A stretch of DNA of 63,645 nt, filler included. It is 4 parts of 4 records of this genome, joined end to end, with 100 filler letters (N's around TTAATTAATTAA, not from the genome) between each part and the next. Parts side by side here need not be neighbours in the genome. Positions count along the whole stretch, not along the records: positions 46,854 to 63,645 come from DRR723986_9587; 3 more parts are not named here. One strand, 5' to 3'. Positions 58,792 to 63,645 of the stretch are shown piece after piece. Below the pieces are notes generated by a model, which worked only from the letters and a program-made list of their open reading frames with translations, did no database searches and was not told the origin of the DNA. The translations under genes and the position numbers were made by a program. Positions within the stretch are counted from its first letter, which is position 1, and every line of letters starts with the position of its first letter.

Positions 58792-61158
58792 TTACTCCCT
58801 CGTTTTCAGGGCCAGGACAAGGTCGGCCTTGTCGATCTGGCGTTTGACCATCCAGCCCGAGAACGCCGCCGAGGCCAGCACGGCAACGGCTGCGGTTCCG
58901 ATGGAGCTGGGGTCGGGATAGGCGGAGACCTGGTAGATATCGTTGGAAAAGGCCTCGCTGACCGCCCAGGCCAGACCGAAACCGAACCCGGTGCCAATCG
59001 GGATCGCCAGCAGCGTGACAAGCACCAGTTCGCCAAGCAGGACAAAGCTGACCTCGGCGCGGGTGAACCCCACGACGCGAAGCGAGGCAAGATCGCGGGC
59101 GCGTTCGGCATAGGCGATGCGGGCGGCGTTGTAGACCACGCCGAAGGTGATGACGCCAGCGATGAAGGCCATGACATAGCGCACCGCGCCTGCGCCGGTA
59201 TCCATGATCCGCTGAAACGCGGCTCGGCTGTCGGATTTCAGGCTGACACCGGCGATGGCGGGCATGTCGTTCAGCCGCTCATAAAGGTCTTGGGCATGGT
59301 TCGTATCAATCCGAAGATACGCGCCCGACACCCGCCCCGGTTCGCCGATGGCGCGGTTCATGGCGGTCAGTTCCATATAGGCGGGCGCGCCCATGCGGGT
59401 TTCGGCAATGCCGACAACAGGCAGGTCCAGCACCTCCTGACGACCCTGCCGCATCTCGACGCTCAGCCGGTCGCCCGGTTCGATCTGAAGAATACGGGCC
59501 AGCGCCGCGCCAAGGATGACCCCGTCCTCGCGCATCCCGATTTCGCGGTCATCGCTGTCAAGCGCGCGGTACAACCGCGCGTCCGGCACGATCCCCGACA
59601 GCGCGCCTTGATAGTCGTAAAGCCCGTTGCGGAAGACCACCGGAACATGCCGGATCGGTTCCACCTCGATCACGCCCTCCATCCTTCGCAGAGCGAAGAT
59701 GGCGTCCTCGCTGATCGCATGGGTGAAGCTGACATTGAGATCGGACCGGTCCGCCACGGAAAACGTGTGCTCGATGGTGCCGTCGAAGCTGGCCATCAGG
59801 GAAATCATCGCGACCGACAGCCCCATACCGCAGGCGATGCCCACGGTGCTGCCCGCCATGCGGATGGGTTGGCGGGTGATCCGCCGCAACACCATGCGCG
59901 AGGGTTGGTCGAGAAACCGGTTGAAAGCCGCGCCGATGCGCCCGGTGCGCGAATAGTCAGCCGGGGCAGGGGGGCGCATGGCGGCGGCGGGCGTCAGGCG
60001 AAAGACCTGGGCCAGCACCATCAGCCCGCCAAGCGAGGCCACCAGCATCGACAGGCCGACGCCCCAGATCACCGCAGCGGGGTCGATGCGGAAGATGAGG
60101 AAGGGGAACTTGTAGAATTCCAGATAGACCTGAACCTGAAGGCGGCCTGCCAGAATGCCAAGCAGCGCGCCGATGAGCGCGCCGCCACCTGCGATGACCA
60201 GCACCATGCGCAGGTAGTGCATGGCAACCTCGCGGTCGGTATAACCAAAGGCCTTCATCAGCCCGATTTCCTCGCGTTCGGACTGAATGATGCGGGTCAT
60301 GACGATATAAAGAAGAAAGGCCGCAACCCCAAGGAAAATGGGCGGCACGGAACGCGATGTGGCGCGCAGGCCCGCGATTTCCTCGGTCACGAAGCGGTCG
60401 GACCCGTGATCGTCCAAGCCATAGGCGCCAAGCCCGCCAAAGGGGTCGAGGATGCGATCCACTGCGGCCAGAACTTCGGCTTCGCGGGCGTTGCGGCCAA
60501 GGGTCAGAAGCGCCTCGTTGAACGCGCCTTCCATGTCATAGGCGGCGGCAAGGGCAGAACGGCTCATCCAGATGACACCGAAGCGGGCATCGTCGGGGAT
60601 GATCTCTCCCGGTGCGGCGACATAGAGAAACTCGGGGCCCTGCGCGAGACCCACGATGCGGAAATGCCGCCGCGCGCCGTTCATCGTGGCCGACAGCCGG
60701 TCGCCGGGATGCAGGTCATGGGCGCGGGCGAAGCTTTCCAGCAGCAGAATCTCGTCTTCCTGCCGCGTGTCCAGATGACGGCCATCAACCAGCAGATACC
60801 CGTTGACTGGCGGTTCACCCCGGCCCGGTACGGAAATCGCCTGCGCCTGCACCGGCAGGGCGCGGGTTTCCACGTCGATCAGCGCGCTGCCCGTCACCCT
60901 GCCATAAGCAGTGGTGACGCCTGGAATTTCCGCCAAACGCTCGATCAGGTGGTTCGGGGCGCGGACGGCAGGGGCGAAAACCTGCGCCATCCGGTAGCGG
61001 TCGTAATAGGCGTCGCGGGTTTCCTGAAGCGAAGTCACAAGGCCCGTCTGCATCACCAAGAGCAGAACACCCACGGCAATCACGGCGGCAATCGCGGCGG
61101 CCTGCCCCTTCATGTGCCACAGGTCACGCCACAGCTTATGGGTCAGGGGGCTTACCAA
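58792..61158 (-). CDS. MacB/FtsX-like ABC permease (duplicated FtsX domains)
   Basis: [33 protein letters not shown]. Confidence 0.9.
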   Translation of the reverse strand: MVSPLTHKLWRDLWHMKGQAAAIAAVIAVGVLLLVMQTGLVTSLQETRDAYYDRYRMAQVFAPAVRAPNHLIERLAEIPGVTTAYGRVTGSALIDVETRALPVQAQAISVPGRGEPPVNGYLLVDGRHLDTRQEDEILLLESFARAHDLHPGDRLSATMNGARRHFRIVGLAQGPEFLYVAAPGEIIPDDARFGVIWMSRSALAAAYDMEGAFNEALLTLGRNAREAEVLAAVDRILDPFGGLGAYGLDDHGSDRFVTEEIAGLRATSRSVPPIFLGVAAFLLYIVMTRIIQSEREEIGLMKAFGYTDREVAMHYLRMVLVIAGGGALIGALLGILAGRLQVQVYLEFYKFPFLIFRIDPAAVIWGVGLSMLVASLGGLMVLAQVFRLTPAAAMRPPAPADYSRTGRIGAAFNRFLDQPSRMVLRRITRQPIRMAGSTVGIACGMGLSVAMISLMASFDGTIEHTFSVADRSDLNVSFTHAISEDAIFALRRMEGVIEVEPIRHVPVVFRNGLYDYQGALSGIVPDARLYRALDSDDREIGMREDGVILGAALARILQIEPGDRLSVEMRQGRQEVLDLPVVGIAETRMGAPAYMELTAMNRAIGEPGRVSGAYLRIDTNHAQDLYERLNDMPAIAGVSLKSDSRAAFQRIMDTGAGAVRYVMAFIAGVITFGVVYNAARIAYAERARDLASLRVVGFTRAEVSFVLLGELVLVTLLAIPIGTGFGFGLAWAVSEAFSNDIYQVSAYPDPSSIGTAAVAVLASAAFSGWMVKRQIDKADLVLALKTRE

Positions 61159-61886
61159 TGGATGTCCTCGGGGTCGAGCTTGGTGTCATTCAGCGTGACA
61201 TCGCGGATCGCGCCGTCGGCAAAGCTGATGACCCGGTCGGCCATCGCGCCGGTCGCAGCCGCGTGGGTGACGATCAGAACCGTGGTGCCAAGATCTTCGT
61301 TCACGTCGCGCAGGACGCGCAGAACCTCTCGCCCGGTGGTGGAATCGAGCGCGCCCGTGGGTTCGTCGCAGAGCAGCACGGTGGGGCGCTTTGCAACGGC
61401 ACGGGCAATCGCCACACGCTGCTGTTCGCCGCCCGACAGTTGCGCGGGGAAATGGGTAATGCGTTCGGTCAGCCCCACAAGCGAAAGCGCTTCGGCGGGC
61501 GTCATCGGATCGCGGGCAATCTCCGTCACCAGTTCGACATTCTCTTCTGCCGTCAGCGAGGGCATCAGGTTATAGAACTGAAAGACAAAGCCCACGTGGT
61601 TGCGCCGGTATTGGGTCAGTTGCCGGTCGGTCATCGCCGTCAGCTCCTCCTGCCCGAAGAACGCCTGTCCCTCGCTGGCGCTGTCCAGCCCGCCCAGAAT
61701 GTTCAGCAACGTGGATTTGCCCGACCCCGACGGGCCGAGCAGCACCACGAATTCCCCCGCCGGTATCGTCAGGTCCACACCCCGCAGCGCATGCACAGCG
61801 GCGTCGCCCTCGCCGTAGGTCTTGGTGAGGGTGCGTGTTTCGAAGGCCGCGTGTCCGGCCTCTAAGGTGCGTCTTGAGATGGGCAT
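61152..61886 (-). CDS. ABC transporter ATP-binding protein (LolD/MacB-like)
   Basis: [33 protein letters not shown]. Confidence 0.95.
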   Translation of the reverse strand: MPISRRTLEAGHAAFETRTLTKTYGEGDAAVHALRGVDLTIPAGEFVVLLGPSGSGKSTLLNILGGLDSASEGQAFFGQEELTAMTDRQLTQYRRNHVGFVFQFYNLMPSLTAEENVELVTEIARDPMTPAEALSLVGLTERITHFPAQLSGGEQQRVAIARAVAKRPTVLLCDEPTGALDSTTGREVLRVLRDVNEDLGTTVLIVTHAAATGAMADRVISFADGAIRDVTLNDTKLDPEDIHW

Positions 61887-61921
61887 GATCCACAGTTATC
61901 TGAGAAGTCGTCGGTCCCGCC

Positions 61922-61935
61922 TTGACTATGATCAA
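61922..61935. promoter_or_regulatory. FNR/FixK-type box
   Basis: TTGAC-TATG-ATCAA, one mismatch to TTGAT-N4-ATCAA, between the divergent ABC operon and the Crp/Fnr gene. Confidence 0.65.
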
Positions 61936-62027
61936 GCCGGGGAGACTATACCAGCCCTGCCGCCAAGACTTGACGTCAGGGCGTTGCACGGCAGATTAGA
62001 CGTGGATCACGAGGGAAGGCCCAAGGC

Positions 62028-62693
62028 ATGAGCGAAGACTGGATTTCCCGCTTTCAGGGGCTGTCCCGGTTGCCCGAGAGGATCCGGGGAATTCTGGAGG
62101 CGCGCTCGACCGTGATCAAGATGCCCAAGGGCACGATCATTTTCGGCCCCGGCAATTCGCCTGAAAACCTGTTGTTCCTGCTGGATGGCACCGTGCGGGT
62201 TCAGCAATTGGCGGAAAACGGGCGAGAAATCGTGCTCTATCGCGTTCAGGCGGGCGAAAGCTGCGTCATGACCACGGCCTGTCTGCTGGCATATGAGGAT
62301 TACAGCGCCGAAGGTGTGGCCGAGACCGATATCAAGGCTGCGGCCATTCCCCGCTCGGTCTTCGATGACCTGATTTCCCAATCGAAAGAGTTTCGTACCT
62401 TCGTCTTTTCCGCCTATTCCAAGCGGATCACCGACCTGTTCCATGTCATCGAGGACATCGCCTTTCAGCGCATGGATATCCGGCTGGCGCAGAAACTGCT
62501 GGATCTGCGGCAGGGACAGACCGTTAAGGCCACACATCAACAACTGGCCGCCGAACTGGGCACCGCGCGCGAGGTAGTCTCGCGCCAGCTGTCGGAATTT
62601 CAGCGCCGCGACTGGATCAAGCAGACCCGCGGCAACGTGGAATTGCTGGATGAGGCCAGCATCGCCCGGCTGGCGCAGTCTGAAGCGGCGTGA
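62028..62693 (+). CDS. Crp/Fnr-family transcriptional regulator (no N-terminal Fe-S cysteines)
   Basis: cNMP-like domain GREIVLYRV..GESC; HTH THQQLAAELGTAREVVSR. Confidence 0.93.
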   Translation: MSEDWISRFQGLSRLPERIRGILEARSTVIKMPKGTIIFGPGNSPENLLFLLDGTVRVQQLAENGREIVLYRVQAGESCVMTTACLLAYEDYSAEGVAETDIKAAAIPRSVFDDLISQSKEFRTFVFSAYSKRITDLFHVIEDIAFQRMDIRLAQKLLDLRQGQTVKATHQQLAAELGTAREVVSRQLSEFQRRDWIKQTRGNVELLDEASIARLAQSEAA

Positions 62694-62892
62694 GGTGCCG
62701 ATGTGCTCAATCATTGGTCAATCTGATCAGTTCGTGTGCGACTCTGCGCCTCTGGAAATGACTCTTTTCAGGGTGGCGGGCTTTCTCCTCGGCCTCGCTG
62801 ATTGCAAATCGGATTAATCAATCTAAAGTCCATCTTATTGCTGTGTATCCAGAGAGATACCGCCCAAGTCAGCAACCAAGAGAGGTGATGTC

Positions 62893-63645
62893 TTGCCGAC
62901 GAACTATGCAACGACCGGTCGAATTCTGATATCCGACGGGGCGGATGACGGCACCACCTTCAGCTGGTCAACGGCCGCGAATTCTCCAACCTTCAGCTTC
63001 ATTACAGATCAGAACGACGACGGGAACCTCGATATCGGGGAGGACAATTGGCAGACGACCACATGGGAATTCACAGGGTACTACTACACCGCGTCGAACG
63101 GACAGACGTTTCCGATTTTCGTGAACACGTCCAACACGTCCTTCTTCTCGATCCCTTTCAATACGGCTGACTATGACCTCTTTGCCGATTTTCCCGCGTC
63201 TGGAAGCCTGACGACGAAATCGGACGACTTCCAGCCGACGGGTGTGCAGGTCTGTTTTGCCGCCGGAACCGCGATCTCGACGCCCGTCGGCGATTTGGCT
63301 GTTGAAGACCTCAGGATAGGGCAAGAAATCACGACGGCTGAGGGTAATCGGATCACCGTCAAATGGATCGGGCGCCAGATGGTTTTCACCCGTTTTGGCC
63401 CTGCCGAGCGGCTGATGCCTGTTCGGTTTGCGGCGGGGTCTCTGGGTGCGGGCCTGCCGCATGAGGATCTGACCGTGACGGCGGATCACGGGATGCTGGT
63501 CGATGGTGTCATCTGCCACGCCGGGGCTTTGGTGAACGGCACGACCATCAAGCGGGTGCCCTTGGCCGAAATGGGCGAGACCTACACCGTCTATCATGTG
63601 GAAACCGAGGAACATGAAATCATCCTCGCCAACGGTGCCCCTGCC
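62893..63645 (+). CDS. Hint-domain (bacterial intein-like, Hint_2) protein, runs off the window end
   Basis: Absent from the ORF track because it has no stop; GAGGTG RBS plus TTG at 62893; CFAAGTAISTP at residue 121, V.WIGRQ, LTVTADHGML, YHVETEEHEIILANG. Confidence 0.88.
   Translation, partial: MPTNYATTGRILISDGADDGTTFSWSTAANSPTFSFITDQNDDGNLDIGEDNWQTTTWEFTGYYYTASNGQTFPIFVNTSNTSFFSIPFNTADYDLFADFPASGSLTTKSDDFQPTGVQVCFAAGTAISTPVGDLAVEDLRIGQEITTAEGNRITVKWIGRQMVFTRFGPAERLMPVRFAAGSLGAGLPHEDLTVTADHGMLVDGVICHAGALVNGTTIKRVPLAEMGETYTVYHVETEEHEIILANGAPA

Noticed and set aside
57913..61575. 1220-aa plus-strand ORF
   Set aside because: Antisense shadow of the ABC permease and adaptor genes in high-GC DNA; no recognisable motifs

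Overview
This window is not one locus. It is four unrelated contigs joined by 100-nt artificial linkers (N-runs around TTAATTAATTAA at 17852-17951, 29079-29178 and 46754-46853); taxonomic labels below are inferred from gene content. Contig A (1-17851) looks like an FCB/Bacteroidota-type bacterium: a CDF transporter with a natural His6 tail, icmF, a REC-HK hybrid, murC, two parvulin/SurA PPIases, an M28 peptidase, a bacilliredoxin and an AI-2E transporter, with repeat-rich non-coding ends. Contig B (17952-29078) is Rhizobiales-like (Roseibium/Labrenzia type): a sigma54 activator, a TipF-like degenerate EAL protein behind a perfect CtrA box, an M16 peptidase pair, lspA and ileS. Contig C (29179-46753) is Marinobacter-like: metH, nfuA, tusDCBE, yccA, tRNA-Ser, pxpABC, hemH, a YeeE/YedE pair plus sulfurtransferase, phasin/TetR, xthA and a cfa/DUF1365/FAD-oxidoreductase cluster. 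Contig D (46854-63645) is Rhodobacteraceae-like: the Anbu ATP-grasp/alpha-E/transglutaminase/proteasome operon, carbonic anhydrase, an acyl-CoA module, a MacB-like ABC exporter, a Crp/Fnr regulator and a Hint-domain protein. Most genes are ordinary, and I saw no CRISPR array, integrase or transposase. I cannot claim a wholly new system. The best leads are an orphan-terminator sRNA candidate (40473-40570), a TusE with the DsrC-type CX10C motif, a Hint protein with an EF-hand-like loop that the ORF track missed, tandem NtrC-like boxes upstream of the Anbu operon, and structured or repeated non-coding DNA in contig A.
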